Source of the DNA: an uncultured Gammaproteobacteria bacterium
GTDB lineage: Bacteria; Patescibacteriota; Microgenomatia; CAZXEC01
DNA length: 64,000 bases
Direction of reading: 5' to 3'
NCBI GenBank assembly: GCA_964639595.1
Contig: CAZXEC010000001.1
Coordinates: 88,111 to 152,110, forward strand
The translations under genes and the position numbers were made by a program. Under the pieces are notes generated by a model, which made no database searches, was not told the DNA's origin, and saw only the letters and a program-made list of their open reading frames with translations. Shown piece after piece: positions 27,711 through 39,739 of this stretch; the first letter of the stretch is position 1; each line of letters begins with the position of its first letter.

Positions 27711-30700
27711 ATGGATCTAGTAGATTTTGAAGCTTTAAAAATAACTTTAGCATCACCAGAGCAAATTAAATCTTGGTCTCACGGTGAAGTACAAAAACCA
27801 GAGACGATTAACTATCGTACGCTAAAACCTGAAAAGGGTGGATTGTTCGCTGAAGAAATTTTCGGTCCCACCAAAGATTGGGAATGCTATTGCGGTAAAT
27901 ATAAGAGAGTCAGGTATCGTGGTATTGTTTGCGATAAATGTGGAGTTGAAGTAACCCAAAGCAAGGTCCGTCGAGAGAGAATGGGTCATATCACTCTGTC
28001 TGCTCCAGTGGCTCACAATTGGTTTTCCCGCGGAGCCCCATCAAAGATTTCTCTACTCTTGGATATCTCACCCAGGAATTTGGATGCAGTGATTTATTTT
28101 GCTACCTACTTAGTTATTTCAGTCGATGAGACAAAGAAACAAAAAACAATAAAAGATCTAACAGCAGAAGCATTGGATAGAAAAAAAGAATTAATTCAAG
28201 ATGCAGATAAATTGATCAAGAAAGAAGAACAAGACACCAGAGAACAGATTATTAAATTAAAGAAAAACTCAACCAACGGCGATGTTCAGGAATTAAAAAT
28301 CCAAGAATTGGAACTTAGTTCGCGTCAAAGGATTGCCGTTTATCGCGATCAACTGGCTGCTGAACAAACCCGGCTGGAAGAGTTGTACAAAACATTAACT
28401 GATATGGTAGATCGGGTCCAACCGCTGACTATTTTATCGGAAGAGGAGTATTTCAAATTGTCAGAATATGGAGTTGGTAATGTTTTCGAAGTTGGTATGG
28501 GCGCAGAAGCGGTCATGAAGGTGTTAGTTAATTTAGATTTAGGCAAATTGACCCAAAATTTAAGAGGAGAAATCACAAAATCTACTGGCCAAAAACACGT
28601 CAAAGCCATCAAAAGATTAAGAGTGGTTGAGGGTTTGCGTCAGGCAGGGATTCAGCCAAGCTCCATGGTAATTAAAGTTTTACCTGTACTTCCGCCTGAC
28701 CTGCGCCCGATGGTTCAGTTATCCGGTGGCAGGTTTGCTACGTCAGATTTAAATGATTTGTATAGACGAGTAATAAATAGAAATAACAGATTGAAGAGAC
28801 TGATTGAGTTAGGAGCCCCAGAGATTATCTTACGCAACGAAAAAAGGATGTTGCAGGAGGCTGTTGATGCTCTTATTGACTCGGCAGCCAGAGTCAGAGG
28901 TAGAGCTAACCAAAACCAATCTTTGAGGTCTTTGTCAGATATGTTGCGAGGTAAGCAAGGTAGATTCAGACAGAACTTGTTGGGTAAAAGAGTTGACTAC
29001 TCTGGCCGTTCAGTTATTATTGTTGGTCCAGAATTGCGCCTTAATCAGATCGGCTTGCCAAAAGAAATGGCCCTGGAGTTATTTAAACCATTTGTTTTGC
29101 GTGACATTATCTCTGGAGGTTTGGCTCCCAATATGAAGAGCGCCAAGCATGTTTTGGAACGCCGACCACCGGAAGTATTTGATATCTTAGAAAACATCAC
29201 CAGAAACCATCCAGTTCTTGCCAACCGTGCGCCCACGTTACACAGATTAGGAATTCAAGCTTTTTTCCCGGTTCTTATTGAGGGTAATGCCATTAAACTG
29301 CATCCTTGTGTTTGTTCAGGATATAACGCAGATTTTGATGGTGACCAAATGGCGGTGCATGTGCCTTTATCACAAATTGCCCAGCAAGAAGCTGTTGATT
29401 TAATGATGTCAACACAAAACCTACTTCGTCCATCAGACGGCTCACCGATCACCATTCCTGATAAAGAAATGGCTCTGGGATGTTATTTTATGACCACCTT
29501 GATACAAGTTGATAATCCCGTGATGTTTGCCAGTTCAGAAGAAGCAGTATCTGCATATCAGCATGGCAAGATTAATCTGAAAGAACTAATTAAAGTTAGA
29601 TTGGATAATCAAATTGTTGAAACTAATGTTGGTCGATTGCTATTCAATGAATTACTTTTGCCCAAACTGCGATTTTTCAATGAGCCAGTCATAGGTTCCA
29701 GGATCAGGTCCCTTATTACTAAGGGTCTTAATCTATATCATAACGCAGAAATTGCTTTGATGATTGACCGTATCAAAGAGCTTGGCTTTTGGGGTGCCAC
29801 AGTATCTGGATTATCCATGTCAGTGTTTGACAATAAAATTCTTCCGGAGAAACCAGATATTATCAAAGAAGCCAACAGAAAAGTTGAAGGCATAGATCAT
29901 GATTTCCGCCGAGGTCTGATTACTCGAGAAGAAAGACGCCAGCTATCTATTGATGTCTGGATGGAAACTACTGACCAGGTAGCAGTCAAAACATGGGAAT
30001 ATTTAGGAGTTGCCAATCCGGTGAGAATGTTGGTGGAGGCAGGTGCTAGGGGTAGTAGGGAACAGGTTAAGCAATTAGCAGGTATGAGAGGATTGGTTAA
30101 CGACCCAACCGGCCGAATTGTAGAACTGCCTACTATTTCTAATTTTAGGGAAGGTCTATCCATATTTGAATATTTCACCTCAGCCAGGGGTTCTAGGAAA
30201 GGTTTGGCAGATAAGGCCTTGAAGACTTCAGAGTCAGGATATTTAACCAGAAGATTGGTTGATGTGGCGCATGATGTGATTGTCAGACAACAAGATTGTG
30301 GGACTGAAGAAGGTATTTGGATTTCTCGACAAGATCCACGTCAATTCCCCAATCCTAATGTGGCCTTTGTCAGCAGGATTTTGGGGCGAGTAGCGATCAA
30401 TAAAATAGTTGATCCTGGCGCCAAGAAGATTTTAGTCAAAATTGGCGAAGAAATTAACGAAGACAAACTGGAATTGATTCAAAAAGCCCAAGTAGAAAAA
30501 GTAATGGTTAGATCCCCCTTGACTTGCCGGGCCAGATGGGGCATCTGCGCTTTGTGCTATGGACGGGATTTATCAACCAAACAGCTTGTCAAAATTGGTA
30601 CTCCTACAGGAGTTATTGCTGCCCAGTCAATTGGAGAACCAGGAACCCAATTAACCATGAGAACATTCCACTTGGGAGGAATTGTCGGCTTGGATATTAC

Positions 30701-31424
30701 TCAAGGCCTGCCCAGGGTAGAAGAATTATTTGAAGCCAGAATTCCTAAAGCCGTGGCGCCAATTTCTGAGATTGCTGGCAAGATTTCTATTATTGAGACC
30801 CAGGAAGGTATTAAGGTGCGAGTCATATCAACTGTCTCAAAGCCAGCAGAAGAGAGAGAATATGTTATGCCGACTGCCATAGAGTTGGCAGTAGAAGATG
30901 GTCAACAAGTTGCGGCAGGTTCACCACTGGCCAAAGGCCATTTGGATGTCAAACAAATTCTGGAGGTTCAAGGTCTGCGGGCTTCCCAACGCTACATTAT
31001 CGATGAAGCACAACGAGTGTATGAATCGCAAGGTGTGCCAATCAATGATCGGCATTTTGAAGTCATCGTCAAAAAAATGAGTGATAAAGTAAAAATAGAT
31101 CAACCTGGTGATACGATTTTGTTGCCAGGAGAGTTAGTTGACAAAACCAGATTTGCCAGCGAAAATGCTAGAATTTTAGCAGAAGGTGGAGAGCCTGCCA
31201 CAGCCCAGGTTATAATTTTGGGTATTACCAAAGCCGCCATTAATACCGAATCATTTTTGTCAGCAGCATCATTCCAAGAAACCACCAGTGTTCTCACTGA
31301 CGCAGCATCTCAAGGCAGACTGGATCCCTTGCTGGGGTTGAAAGAGAACGTCATTATTGGCAGGTTGATTCCCACCAGTCCTGAAAGAGCCAAAATTGAA
31401 CAAGACACTCCTCCTTTAAACTAA
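27711..31424 (+). CDS. rpoC: DNA-directed RNA polymerase beta' subunit
   Basis: 1237 aa. Zn-binding [37 protein letters not shown] catalytic motif. Confidence 0.97.
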   Translation: MDLVDFEALKITLASPEQIKSWSHGEVQKPETINYRTLKPEKGGLFAEEIFGPTKDWECYCGKYKRVRYRGIVCDKCGVEVTQSKVRRERMGHITLSAPVAHNWFSRGAPSKISLLLDISPRNLDAVIYFATYLVISVDETKKQKTIKDLTAEALDRKKELIQDADKLIKKEEQDTREQIIKLKKNSTNGDVQELKIQELELSSRQRIAVYRDQLAAEQTRLEELYKTLTDMVDRVQPLTILSEEEYFKLSEYGVGNVFEVGMGAEAVMKVLVNLDLGKLTQNLRGEITKSTGQKHVKAIKRLRVVEGLRQAGIQPSSMVIKVLPVLPPDLRPMVQLSGGRFATSDLNDLYRRVINRNNRLKRLIELGAPEIILRNEKRMLQEAVDALIDSAARVRGRANQNQSLRSLSDMLRGKQGRFRQNLLGKRVDYSGRSVIIVGPELRLNQIGLPKEMALELFKPFVLRDIISGGLAPNMKSAKHVLERRPPEVFDILENITRNHPVLANRAPTLHRLGIQAFFPVLIEGNAIKLHPCVCSGYNADFDGDQMAVHVPLSQIAQQEAVDLMMSTQNLLRPSDGSPITIPDKEMALGCYFMTTLIQVDNPVMFASSEEAVSAYQHGKINLKELIKVRLDNQIVETNVGRLLFNELLLPKLRFFNEPVIGSRIRSLITKGLNLYHNAEIALMIDRIKELGFWGATVSGLSMSVFDNKILPEKPDIIKEANRKVEGIDHDFRRGLITREERRQLSIDVWMETTDQVAVKTWEYLGVANPVRMLVEAGARGSREQVKQLAGMRGLVNDPTGRIVELPTISNFREGLSIFEYFTSARGSRKGLADKALKTSESGYLTRRLVDVAHDVIVRQQDCGTEEGIWISRQDPRQFPNPNVAFVSRILGRVAINKIVDPGAKKILVKIGEEINEDKLELIQKAQVEKVMVRSPLTCRARWGICALCYGRDLSTKQLVKIGTPTGVIAAQSIGEPGTQLTMRTFHLGGIVGLDITQGLPRVEELFEARIPKAVAPISEIAGKISIIETQEGIKVRVISTVSKPAEEREYVMPTAIELAVEDGQQVAAGSPLAKGHLDVKQILEVQGLRASQRYIIDEAQRVYESQGVPINDRHFEVIVKKMSDKVKIDQPGDTILLPGELVDKTRFASENARILAEGGEPATAQVIILGITKAAINTESFLSAASFQETTSVLTDAASQGRLDPLLGLKENVIIGRLIPTSPERAKIEQDTPPLN

Positions 31425-31425
31425 A

Positions 31426-31455
31426 TTGACACCCAGGGCAGGATTTGGGTATAAT
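31426..31455 (+). promoter_or_regulatory. Promoter for the str operon (TTGACA-18 nt-TATAAT)
   Basis: TTGACA 31426-31431 immediately after the rpoC stop. TATAAT 31450-31455. Confidence 0.5.
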
Positions 31456-31532
31456 TTATAGGTAGTCCCAATGCGAAAAGGAGGCGTGCCGATCAAATAA
31501 AAAAAGCCTGAAATTAAAAGGGAGATAGCAAA

Positions 31533-31559
31533 GGCTCGGCGTGTCGGGCTCTTTTTTTG
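31533..31559 (+). terminator. Weak hairpin plus U7, a terminator/attenuator-like element in the rpsL leader
   Basis: GGCUCG..CGGGCU stem with G-U pairs, followed by CTTTTTTT. Confidence 0.35.
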
Positions 31560-31577
31560 GCAGAAGGTAAAAAATAT

Positions 31578-32018
31578 ATGCCGACAGTTAATCAATTAGT
31601 GAGAAAAGGTAGAAAGCCGCTTATCAAAAAGAGCAGGGCCAAAGCCCTACGCCGTTTTTTTAATACCAAAACTGGTGAATTTAAACAGCTGGTTGCACCC
31701 CAAAAACGGGGCGTGGCAGTTCAAGTCAAAACTACAACTCCCAAAAAACCAAACTCTGCCTTGAGAAAAATTGCCCGAGTGAGGTTATCTAATAAGCAAG
31801 AGGTAACAGCCTACATTCCGGGTATCGGACACAATTTGGCAGAGCATGCTGTACTTTTGGTGAGGGGGGGCAGAGTCAAAGACCTGCCAGGTGTTAAATA
31901 TCATGTTATCCGGGGCACCTATGACACTGCAGGTGTTGCAGGTCGCAGACAAGGCCGGTCCAAATATGGCGCCAAAAAAGAAGCAGGACAAGGGTCAGCC
32001 AGCAGTTCCACTACCTAA
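31578..32018 (+). CDS. rpsL: 30S ribosomal protein S12 with a C-terminal extension
   Basis: [13 protein letters not shown]...[13 protein letters not shown] at 31578. Confidence 0.95.
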   Translation: MPTVNQLVRKGRKPLIKKSRAKALRRFFNTKTGEFKQLVAPQKRGVAVQVKTTTPKKPNSALRKIARVRLSNKQEVTAYIPGIGHNLAEHAVLLVRGGRVKDLPGVKYHVIRGTYDTAGVAGRRQGRSKYGAKKEAGQGSASSSTT

Positions 32019-32037
32019 AGAATTTTAAGGAAATTTT

Positions 32038-32550
32038 ATGCCACGTTCAGGAAAAATTAATAAAAGAACCATTGCTCAAGATCCCATCTATAATAGCAGG
32101 TTGGTCAGCAGATTAATTAACAAAGTGATGGTCTCTGGCAAAAAAGATTTAGCCAGGAGAATCGTTTATGGAATGGTTGAAATAATCAGATCCAAAACAG
32201 ATCAAGACCCGATTGCGCTTATTGAGAACGCGATTCGCAATGTCTCTCCTCGCATGGAAGTGCGTTCCAGACGGATCGGTGGAGCTTCGTACCAAGTTCC
32301 CACTGAAGTGAGAGGTAATCGTAAAGAAGCCCTGGCCATTAGATGGTTGATTGATGCGGCTCGTGCTCGTCCAGCTAAAGACTATGTCAAAGAAGCCAAG
32401 GATATCAAACAAAAGTTCCCTATTTTTTGCCACAAATTAGCATCAGAAATCATGGATGCTTGGCAAAACCAAGGGGCAGCCATCAAAAAAAGAGACGATG
32501 CTCACAGGATGGCAGAAGCCAACAAAGCTTTTGCCCACTTCAGGTGGTAA
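32038..32550 (+). CDS. rpsG: 30S ribosomal protein S7
   Basis: MPRSGKINKR...SPRMEVRSRRIGGASYQVP. Confidence 0.95.
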   Translation: MPRSGKINKRTIAQDPIYNSRLVSRLINKVMVSGKKDLARRIVYGMVEIIRSKTDQDPIALIENAIRNVSPRMEVRSRRIGGASYQVPTEVRGNRKEALAIRWLIDAARARPAKDYVKEAKDIKQKFPIFCHKLASEIMDAWQNQGAAIKKRDDAHRMAEANKAFAHFRW

Positions 32551-32553
32551 TTT

Positions 32554-34692
32554 ATGGCCAAAGCAGCTAAAACAGACAGACTTTATCCTCTGAACCGAAT
32601 TCGCAATATTGGCATTATTGCCCATATTGATGCAGGTAAAACTACTACCAGTGAGAGGATACTTTTCTATACAGGCAGGACTTACAAAATTGGTGACATT
32701 GATGAGGGGACCACTGTGACAGACTGGATGGAGCAGGAAAAAGAAAGAGGCATCACCATAGTATCGGCTGCCATTACTACTTTCTGGACTCCCAAAAGCG
32801 GTATTTTTGCCGGTCAAGATACCCGTATTAATGTCATTGATACACCAGGGCATGTTGACTTTACCGCAGAAGTGGAAAGATCCCTGCGTGTTTTAGACGG
32901 AGGGGTAACAGTGCTGGATGCAGAAGAAGGTGTGCAATCACAATCAGAAACGGTTTGGAGACAAGCTGATAAATATAATGTGCCGCGAATTTGTTTTGTT
33001 AACAAGATGGACAAGTTGGGGGCAGATTACTACAAAACTGTAGGAATGATTAGAGACCGACTGGGAGCTCCAGCTGTTTGCTACAATATTCCGATTGGTT
33101 CTGAAAATTCCTTCCGCGGAGTGGTTGATTTGCTGACCCGCCAGGCTCTGATTTGGGAAGGTGATGAAACTGGGGCAAAATTTACCGCAGCCCAAGTGCC
33201 ACCAGACATGGTTGAGGAAGTAGAAAAATATCGCCATGAACTGGTAGAGAAAATTGCCGAATGCGACGATATTCTGCTTGATAAATATTTATCAGGCCAG
33301 GAGCTGGCGACCGATGAGCTGAAGCAGGCCTTAAGGAAAGCGGTTATTGCCTATAAAATAGTGCCTGTTTTGGCAGGGTCTTCTCTCCGCAATAAAGGTG
33401 TCCAGCCATTATTGGATGCAGTGGTAGAATTTTTACCGTCTCCGCTTGACATTCCATCGATTTCAGGCTACAATCCAAAAGCAAGCCAAAAAGATTCAAG
33501 AGAGCCAAAAATCGAGGCTCCATTTTCTGGACTGGCTTTCAAGATTCAAGTTGATCCGCACGTAGGGAAATTAACATACGTGAGGGTTTATTCTGGTACG
33601 TTAAAAGCTGGGTCATACGCATATAACTCAACCAAACAAGAGAAAGAACGTGTAGGCAGACTTCTTCTGATGCATGCCAATGACAGAGAAGAGATAGATG
33701 AAGCCTACGCCGGTGAAATTGTAGCAGTGGTTGGTTTGAAATCAACCGGTACAGGAGATACCCTTTGTGACGAAACACATCCGATCATTCTGGAATCAAT
33801 TACTTTTCCAGAACCAGTTATTGCTTTGGCAATTGAGCCAAAGACCAAAGCCGACCAAGAAAAGATGGGCTATGCCCTATCAAAATTGGCGGATGAAGAT
33901 CCGACTTTCAAAATTAAGTCAGATCCGGAAACAGGACAGACAATTATTGCTGGGATGGGCGAATTACACCTAGAAATCTTAGTTGACCGGATGAAAAGAG
34001 AGTTTAAGGTCGGAGCCAATGTTGGCCGGCCGCAGGTTGCCTATAAAGAAACTGTTAAGAGAGTAGCGGAAGGTGAAGGTAAGTATATTAGGCAATCAGG
34101 TGGACGTGGACAGTATGGTCATTGTTTTTTGAGAATTGAACCCAAAGGTCGTGGTGAAGGATATGAATGGAAATCAGAAATTGTGGGAGGGGCAATTCCG
34201 CGAGAATTTATTCCAGCAATCGAAAAAGGTGTTAAAGAGGCTCTGGATTCAGGAATGCTGGCAGGTTACCCGATGGTAGATATATTTGTGGCAGTATTCG
34301 ATGGGACTTACCATGAGGTAGACTCATCAGAAGCAGCTTTCAAGATTGCCGGCTCAATGGCTTTAAAAGATGCGGTAAAACGAGCTGATCCAATTATTCT
34401 TGAGCCAATCATGAATGTAGAAGTGGTAGTCCCTGACGAATTTATGGGCGATGTAATTGGTGATTTATCTGCCAAAAGAGCTCAAATTTTAGGGACGGAA
34501 AAACGAGGTAATGCCACGGTAATTCGGGCACAGGTGCCACTTTCGGAAATGTTTGGATACTCAACTACTTTGCGTAGTATGACTCAAGGTCGAGGCAACT
34601 TCGTCTTGTTGCCAAGTCATTATGAAGAAGTGCCAAAAAATATTACTGAACAAATTATTGCCAAAGCCAAAGGCGAGGCAGGAAAAAATTGA
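32554..34692 (+). CDS. fusA: Elongation factor G
   Basis: [23 protein letters not shown], 712 aa. Confidence 0.97.
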   Translation: MAKAAKTDRLYPLNRIRNIGIIAHIDAGKTTTSERILFYTGRTYKIGDIDEGTTVTDWMEQEKERGITIVSAAITTFWTPKSGIFAGQDTRINVIDTPGHVDFTAEVERSLRVLDGGVTVLDAEEGVQSQSETVWRQADKYNVPRICFVNKMDKLGADYYKTVGMIRDRLGAPAVCYNIPIGSENSFRGVVDLLTRQALIWEGDETGAKFTAAQVPPDMVEEVEKYRHELVEKIAECDDILLDKYLSGQELATDELKQALRKAVIAYKIVPVLAGSSLRNKGVQPLLDAVVEFLPSPLDIPSISGYNPKASQKDSREPKIEAPFSGLAFKIQVDPHVGKLTYVRVYSGTLKAGSYAYNSTKQEKERVGRLLLMHANDREEIDEAYAGEIVAVVGLKSTGTGDTLCDETHPIILESITFPEPVIALAIEPKTKADQEKMGYALSKLADEDPTFKIKSDPETGQTIIAGMGELHLEILVDRMKREFKVGANVGRPQVAYKETVKRVAEGEGKYIRQSGGRGQYGHCFLRIEPKGRGEGYEWKSEIVGGAIPREFIPAIEKGVKEALDSGMLAGYPMVDIFVAVFDGTYHEVDSSEAAFKIAGSMALKDAVKRADPIILEPIMNVEVVVPDEFMGDVIGDLSAKRAQILGTEKRGNATVIRAQVPLSEMFGYSTTLRSMTQGRGNFVLLPSHYEEVPKNITEQIIAKAKGEAGKN

Positions 34693-34826
34693 TAGTATTT
34701 TTATTAAGTTTATTTATAAGCAAAATGCTACTTTTAAAGTTGCAGATTGAAGTATTTTGATTACATAATCGTTTAACGAGAGTGACAAACCCGAGTTAAA
34801 TGAGTATATTAATTAAGGAGGAAAAA

Positions 34827-36014
34827 ATGGCTGATTCAACTAAAAAATTTGAACGAACTAAACCACATGTCAATGTGGGGACTATTGGTCATGTCGACCA
34901 TGGTAAGACTACCTTGACTGCGGCTATCACTAATGTTTTATCTAAACAAGGCTTGGCAGAGGCCAAAGCTTTTGATCAAATTGATAATGCCCCTGAAGAA
35001 AAGGCTCGGGGTATTACGATTAATATTGCTCATGTTGAGTATGAAACAAAAAACCGTCACTATGCTCACATTGACGCACCCGGTCATGCTGACTATATCA
35101 AAAACATGATTACCGGAGCTGCCCAGATGGATGGTGCCATCCTGGTAGTATCGGCGCCAGACGGGCCAATGCCGCAAACCAGAGAACATATCTTGCTGGC
35201 GCGCCAAGTGAATGTGCCGGCGGTTGTGGTATTTATGAATAAGGTCGACATGGTTACCGACAAAGAACTACTGGATCTGGTAGAGATGGAAATTCGGGAA
35301 CTGTTGAATAAGTATCAATATCCCGGAGATACCACTCCAATTATCCGAGGTTCAGCTCTTAAAGCTCTGGAAGGAAACCCGGAAGCTGTTAAATCAATTG
35401 AAGATTTGATGGCAGCAGTAGACGAGTTTATTCCTACTCCAGTAAGAGATTTAGATAAACCATTCTTAATGCCGATTGAGGATGTTTTTTCCATCAAAGG
35501 AAGAGGGACTGTTGTAACCGGTCGGGTGGAAAGAGGAGTAGTAAAGGTCAACGAAGAAATAGAGATCGTTGGCATTCGCGATACTCGGAAGACTGTAGTT
35601 ACTGGCGTGGAAATGTTCAGGAAGCAATTGGAACAGGGTCAAGCCGGTGACAACGTCGGTGTCCTCTTAAGAGGAATAGAAAAGGAAGATGTAGAAAGAG
35701 GCCAAGTTTTAGCAAAACCAGCAACTGCTAAGCCTCATTCCGAGTTTGAGGCAGAAGTCTATGTCTTGACTAAAGAGGAAGGTGGCAGACACACCCCATT
35801 TTTCTCAGGGTACAGACCTCAATTTTACATCAGGACTACTGATGTAACCGGGGAAACAACCCTGCCGGCTGGAACAGAAATGGTTATGCCGGGTGACAAC
35901 GTTAAAGTTAGTGTAAAATTAATCACTCCAGTGGCCCTGGAAGAAGGCCTGCGGTTTGCCATCAGAGAAGGCGGTCGCACAGTCGGTGCCGGAGTAATTT
36001 CCAAGGTCAAATAG
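34827..36014 (+). CDS. tuf: Elongation factor Tu
   Basis: [31 protein letters not shown] before the ATG at 34827. Confidence 0.97.
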   Translation: MADSTKKFERTKPHVNVGTIGHVDHGKTTLTAAITNVLSKQGLAEAKAFDQIDNAPEEKARGITINIAHVEYETKNRHYAHIDAPGHADYIKNMITGAAQMDGAILVVSAPDGPMPQTREHILLARQVNVPAVVVFMNKVDMVTDKELLDLVEMEIRELLNKYQYPGDTTPIIRGSALKALEGNPEAVKSIEDLMAAVDEFIPTPVRDLDKPFLMPIEDVFSIKGRGTVVTGRVERGVVKVNEEIEIVGIRDTRKTVVTGVEMFRKQLEQGQAGDNVGVLLRGIEKEDVERGQVLAKPATAKPHSEFEAEVYVLTKEEGGRHTPFFSGYRPQFYIRTTDVTGETTLPAGTEMVMPGDNVKVSVKLITPVALEEGLRFAIREGGRTVGAGVISKVK

Positions 36015-36030
36015 CATAACAAAGTAAAAT

Positions 36031-36055
36031 AAAACCCCGCTCGAGCGGGGTTTTT
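36031..36055. terminator. Intrinsic (bidirectional) terminator after tuf
   Basis: AAAACCCCGCTCGAGCGGGGTTTTT, a perfect GC-rich palindrome flanked by A4 and T5. Confidence 0.85.
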
Positions 36056-36095
36056 AACTAAAAGTCGGTTAACTTGCGCACTTTGAAAGAATACT

Positions 36096-36404
36096 ATGCC
36101 CAGAGGTAGAATTAGAGTACGGTTGAAAGCATACGATCACCGAGTGATCGATCAGTGTTGTGCACAAATTTTAGATACAGCTTTGCGTACCGGAGCCAAA
36201 GTGGTGGGTCCTATCCCTCTACCTACAAGACGAGAGCGTTTTACCGTACTCACCTCGCCTCATACAGATAAGGATGCCAGGGAACATTTTGAAATAAGAA
36301 ATCATAAGAGATTGATTGATATACATGAGCCGACCGATAAAACCATTGACTCTTTGATGCATCTAGAATTGCCTGCGGGTGTAGATATCGAAATTAAAAT
36401 GTGA
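36096..36404 (+). CDS. rpsJ: 30S ribosomal protein S10
   Basis: [15 protein letters not shown]...[12 protein letters not shown]. Confidence 0.95.
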   Translation: MPRGRIRVRLKAYDHRVIDQCCAQILDTALRTGAKVVGPIPLPTRRERFTVLTSPHTDKDAREHFEIRNHKRLIDIHEPTDKTIDSLMHLELPAGVDIEIKM

Positions 36405-36557
36405 ATTTGACCTACGACTATAGGGTATGTTAAAATAATCTAACAGCTGGCTAAAACATATCTTGCAAAAAAGAGGGGTTGCCTGAAGTCATCTAAGGCT
36501 TCCCTAATTTTTAATGCGTCAGTATTTGGATATTACAAATTAGTCAAAAGAGGTTTA

Positions 36558-37253
36558 ATGATGCCTGTATTACTGGGTAGAAAACAAAATATGACAATGA
36601 GGTTTGATGTAAGCGGAAAACAAATTCCTGCGACTTTAATATCCGCAGGTCCGTGTGTGGTTGTTAGAAAACGGATTCCTGAAAAAGATGGCTATTCTGC
36701 ATATCAAATAGGTTTTGAGAAAAACAGTAAAGCCACCAAACCTCTCCAGAAAAAACTGCAAGATCTCCCTTTTTTGCCCAAGATCATCAGAGAAATAACA
36801 GAAGACCAAGAGTTGGCAATTGGGCAAGAATTAAAGGCTGATATTTTTCAAACTGGTGATTTGGTCAAGGTAACAGGAGTATCAAAGGGACGCGGATTCG
36901 CAGGTGTTATCAAGCGCTATGGTTTTGCCGGCGGACCCAAAACCCATGGTCAATCAGACCGTGAAAGAGCACCTGGCTCCATTGGTTCAACCACGACACC
37001 AGGTAGAGTGTTCAAGGGGAAACGAATGGCTGGCAGAATGGGACAAGACAAAGTGACAATTCGCAACTTGACAGTTGTCGATATTGACCCTGAAAAAAAT
37101 ATTTTGATAGTTTCTGGTTCTGTCCCTGGCGCTAGAGGCGGCTTATTAACTATCAAGAAAATCGGCACAGCTAAAAATTTTCAGCCGCTCATCAAAGAAC
37201 CAATTGAACAATCAAATCAAGTAGAACAAGTTAAAAGTGAAACGCTAGAGTAA
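36558..37253 (+). CDS. rplC: 50S ribosomal protein L3
   Basis: GFAGVIKRYGFAGGPKTHGQSDRERAPGSIG. Confidence 0.95.
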   Translation: MMPVLLGRKQNMTMRFDVSGKQIPATLISAGPCVVVRKRIPEKDGYSAYQIGFEKNSKATKPLQKKLQDLPFLPKIIREITEDQELAIGQELKADIFQTGDLVKVTGVSKGRGFAGVIKRYGFAGGPKTHGQSDRERAPGSIGSTTTPGRVFKGKRMAGRMGQDKVTIRNLTVVDIDPEKNILIVSGSVPGARGGLLTIKKIGTAKNFQPLIKEPIEQSNQVEQVKSETLE

Positions 37254-37267
37254 AGGAAGTATTCAAT

Positions 37268-37963
37268 ATGCCAAGAGTAAAAAACGACAAAGTAAAAAAT
37301 GTGCCCAATCATTTATTAATTGATGTGGTTGACATCAATGGTAAAGCCATAGAAAGGTTGGAATTACCATCAGCATTTTTTGGAGCCAGAGTTAATCCCC
37401 AGCTGATGACGCAGGCAGTATACGTATTTTTGCAAAATCAAAGAAGTGGTACTGCTAAAGCAAAAAACCGTGGAGAGGTAAAAGGTACTACCAAGAAACT
37501 ATACCGACAAAAGCACACTGGTCGCGCCAGACATGGTGCCGAAACTGCCCCGATTTTTGTAGGTGGAGGCGTAGCTCATGGGCCTAGGCCGAAAGATTGG
37601 GCTATCTCATTACCTAAAAAAATGAAGCACCAAGCCTTATGTTCTGCTCTTTCTAATAAATACCAAGATCAATCTATCAGAGTAGTGGCTGGTTTAGAAA
37701 CAATTGCACCAAAGACTAAGAATATGGCCAAGATCTTAGACAAAATTAATTTATCAAATTCTCAAGCAGGCAAGTTGTTGTTGGTGCTGCCAGGTAAGAT
37801 TGATAATGTGGAGAAAGCAGCCAGAAACATCCCTTATGTGAATATGGGAAAGACAGCCAATCTTAATACCTATCAGGTGTTGGCTGCCAATACCCTGCTG
37901 TTTACCAGGGATGCAGTCCAAAGTTTGGCAGGCAGAGTTAAAAGTGATTCTCAAGAAGGGTAA
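37268..37963 (+). CDS. rplD: 50S ribosomal protein L4
   Basis: YRQKHTGRARHG motif. Confidence 0.93.
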   Translation: MPRVKNDKVKNVPNHLLIDVVDINGKAIERLELPSAFFGARVNPQLMTQAVYVFLQNQRSGTAKAKNRGEVKGTTKKLYRQKHTGRARHGAETAPIFVGGGVAHGPRPKDWAISLPKKMKHQALCSALSNKYQDQSIRVVAGLETIAPKTKNMAKILDKINLSNSQAGKLLLVLPGKIDNVEKAARNIPYVNMGKTANLNTYQVLAANTLLFTRDAVQSLAGRVKSDSQEG

Positions 37964-37968
37964 ATTTT

Positions 37969-38265
37969 ATGGCTTTGTATCAAACGATTAAAAGACCAAT
38001 TATTACCGAAAAATCTATGCAAGACGCAGCTTCGGGTAAGTACACTTTTGAGGTAGACAAGCAGGCAAACAAAAAAGATATAAAAACAGCTATTGCAAAA
38101 CAATTCGGGGTGACACCAATCCGGGTATTTACCAGGTTGGTTAAGGGGAAAACATACAAAAGTGGTAGCCGTAGACAAAAGACTGCCCGAAAAACCCCAT
38201 GGAAAAAAACCATTGTTCAAGTTAAAACGGGTGAAAAAATTGGCCTATTTGAGCTATCAACTTAA
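37969..38265 (+). CDS. rplW: 50S ribosomal protein L23
   Basis: [10 protein letters not shown]...[18 protein letters not shown]. Confidence 0.93.
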   Translation: MALYQTIKRPIITEKSMQDAASGKYTFEVDKQANKKDIKTAIAKQFGVTPIRVFTRLVKGKTYKSGSRRQKTARKTPWKKTIVQVKTGEKIGLFELST

Positions 38266-38275
38266 GAAGGAAATA

Positions 38276-39097
38276 ATGCCATTAAAGATTATAAATCCAA
38301 CATCATCGGGACGTAGACACTCTGTCAGGTTGACTTTTGGGGAGATCACCAAAAGAAAACCGGAAAAAAGATTAATTAGTATCCTCAATAAAAATGCTGG
38401 TCGGGCAGGCGGCACAGTGTCTGTTAGGCATCAGGGTGGCGGCCATAAACGCTATTTGAGGATGGTTGATTTTAAGAGGAATAAACAAGGGGTAGAGGCA
38501 CAGGTGGCGGCCATAGAATATGATCCTAACAGGACTAGTAATTTGGCCCTTTTACATTATGTAGACGGAGAGAAGCGCTATATTTTGGCAGCTGAAGGTA
38601 TGAAAGTTGGTGACAAAGTTATGTCAGGCCCTGACGCAGAGGTCAAACTTGGGAATGCCCTGCCGCTTGGCAAGATTCCAGTTGGAACTCAAATTCACAA
38701 TATTGAGCTGACACCAGGTAGGGGTGGTCAAATGATCAGATCAGCCGGCTCATATGCGGCTATCATGTCTAAGGAAGGTAAGTTTGCCCAAATTAAATTA
38801 CGTTCCGGAGAAATTAGGTTAGTGCCAGTTAAGGGATATGCCACCATTGGTCAGGTAGGTAATATTGACCATTCATCAGTGAAGTTAGGCAAAGCCGGAG
38901 CTTCTCGTCATCGAGGGATTAGGCCAACTGTCCGAGGCGTAGTAATGTCACCCAGGGATCATCCACACGGTGGTGGAGAGGGACGCTCCGGCATAGGTAT
39001 GCCTTCGCCTAAATCTCCTTGGGGCAAACACACACTCGGTAAAAAGACCAGAAAACCAAAATATTCCGATAAATATATTATCAAGAGAAGGAAGTAA
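38276..39097 (+). CDS. rplB: 50S ribosomal protein L2
   Basis: Start at [29 protein letters not shown] motif. Confidence 0.95.
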   Translation: MPLKIINPTSSGRRHSVRLTFGEITKRKPEKRLISILNKNAGRAGGTVSVRHQGGGHKRYLRMVDFKRNKQGVEAQVAAIEYDPNRTSNLALLHYVDGEKRYILAAEGMKVGDKVMSGPDAEVKLGNALPLGKIPVGTQIHNIELTPGRGGQMIRSAGSYAAIMSKEGKFAQIKLRSGEIRLVPVKGYATIGQVGNIDHSSVKLGKAGASRHRGIRPTVRGVVMSPRDHPHGGGEGRSGIGMPSPKSPWGKHTLGKKTRKPKYSDKYIIKRRK

Positions 39098-39103
39098 TTA
39101 CAT

Positions 39104-39388
39104 ATGGCAAGATCAACCAAAAAAGGGCCATGGATAGATCCGAAACTGGCCAAAAAAGTGGCCAGGCAGGAAGCTGTTGACAAGAAAGAAGCTATAAAAA
39201 CTTGGTCAAGAGCCTGCCAAATTCCGCCGGAATTTGTGGGTTTCACATTTCATGTTCACAATGGCAGGACCTTCGTGTCGGTCTTTGTATCAGAAGCAAT
39301 GGTGGGTCATCGTCTCGGGGAGTTTGCCCCGACTCGTACTTTTAGGGGACACGGCAGAATTACGGAGAAATCAACTACTAAAACGTAA
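39104..39388 (+). CDS. rpsS: 30S ribosomal protein S19
   Basis: [38 protein letters not shown]. Confidence 0.95.
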   Translation: MARSTKKGPWIDPKLAKKVARQEAVDKKEAIKTWSRACQIPPEFVGFTFHVHNGRTFVSVFVSEAMVGHRLGEFAPTRTFRGHGRITEKSTTKT

Positions 39389-39401
39389 CGTTAATATCTT
39401 T

Positions 39402-39737
39402 ATGGAAATAACAGCTCAAGCCAAATATGTCAGAACCAGCCCCAGGAAACTAAGGCTGGTCCGTGATGCTATAAAAGGCGTCAGTTCACCTAAACAAGCT
39501 CAAGTCATCCTGAAATTCTTAAACAAAAGAGCAGCTGGTCCTCTGTCGAAGGCACTGGGGTCGGCTGTAGCTAATGCTACTTTTAATGCCAAAAAAGATG
39601 AAGCAAACTTAAAAATTAAAAAAATCGATATTAATGAAGGTCCAACTTTATGGCGTTGGCGGGCAGGTTCCAGGGGGACAGCCAAAACAATTGCCAAAAG
39701 AACCAGTCACATTAAAGTTATTTTGGAGGCAGAATAG
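39402..39737 (+). CDS. rplV: 50S ribosomal protein L22
   Basis: Start at MEITAQAKYVRTSPRKLRLV (ATG 39402). The track's 39234 start is an upstream shadow extension. Confidence 0.93.
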   Translation: MEITAQAKYVRTSPRKLRLVRDAIKGVSSPKQAQVILKFLNKRAAGPLSKALGSAVANATFNAKKDEANLKIKKIDINEGPTLWRWRAGSRGTAKTIAKRTSHIKVILEAE

Positions 39738-39739
39738 AC

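Noticed and set aside
24557-31297. Numerous 60-100-aa minus-strand ORFs inside rpoB and rpoC
   Set aside because: Antisense shadow ORFs of long, highly conserved genes.
31471-31500. 9-codon ORF MRKGGVPIK as a real gene
   Set aside because: Too short to support as a protein. Kept only as a possible leader-peptide/attenuation feature in the findings.
36058-36095. Leaderless rpsJ transcript from TTAACT-17-TACTAT
   Set aside because: The -10-like hexamer overlaps the start codon itself, so the spacing is incompatible with a transcription start upstream of the ATG.
38162-38275. Track-predicted long forms of rplB (311 aa), rplV (167 aa), secY (446 aa), rpoA (326 aa), rplN (138 aa), rpsQ (86 aa), rpsL (153 aa), tuf (404 aa) and hup (118 aa)
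   Set aside because: The upstream extensions overlap preceding genes in other frames. Conserved N-termini and RBS-like sequences support the shorter internal ATG starts used in the feature list.
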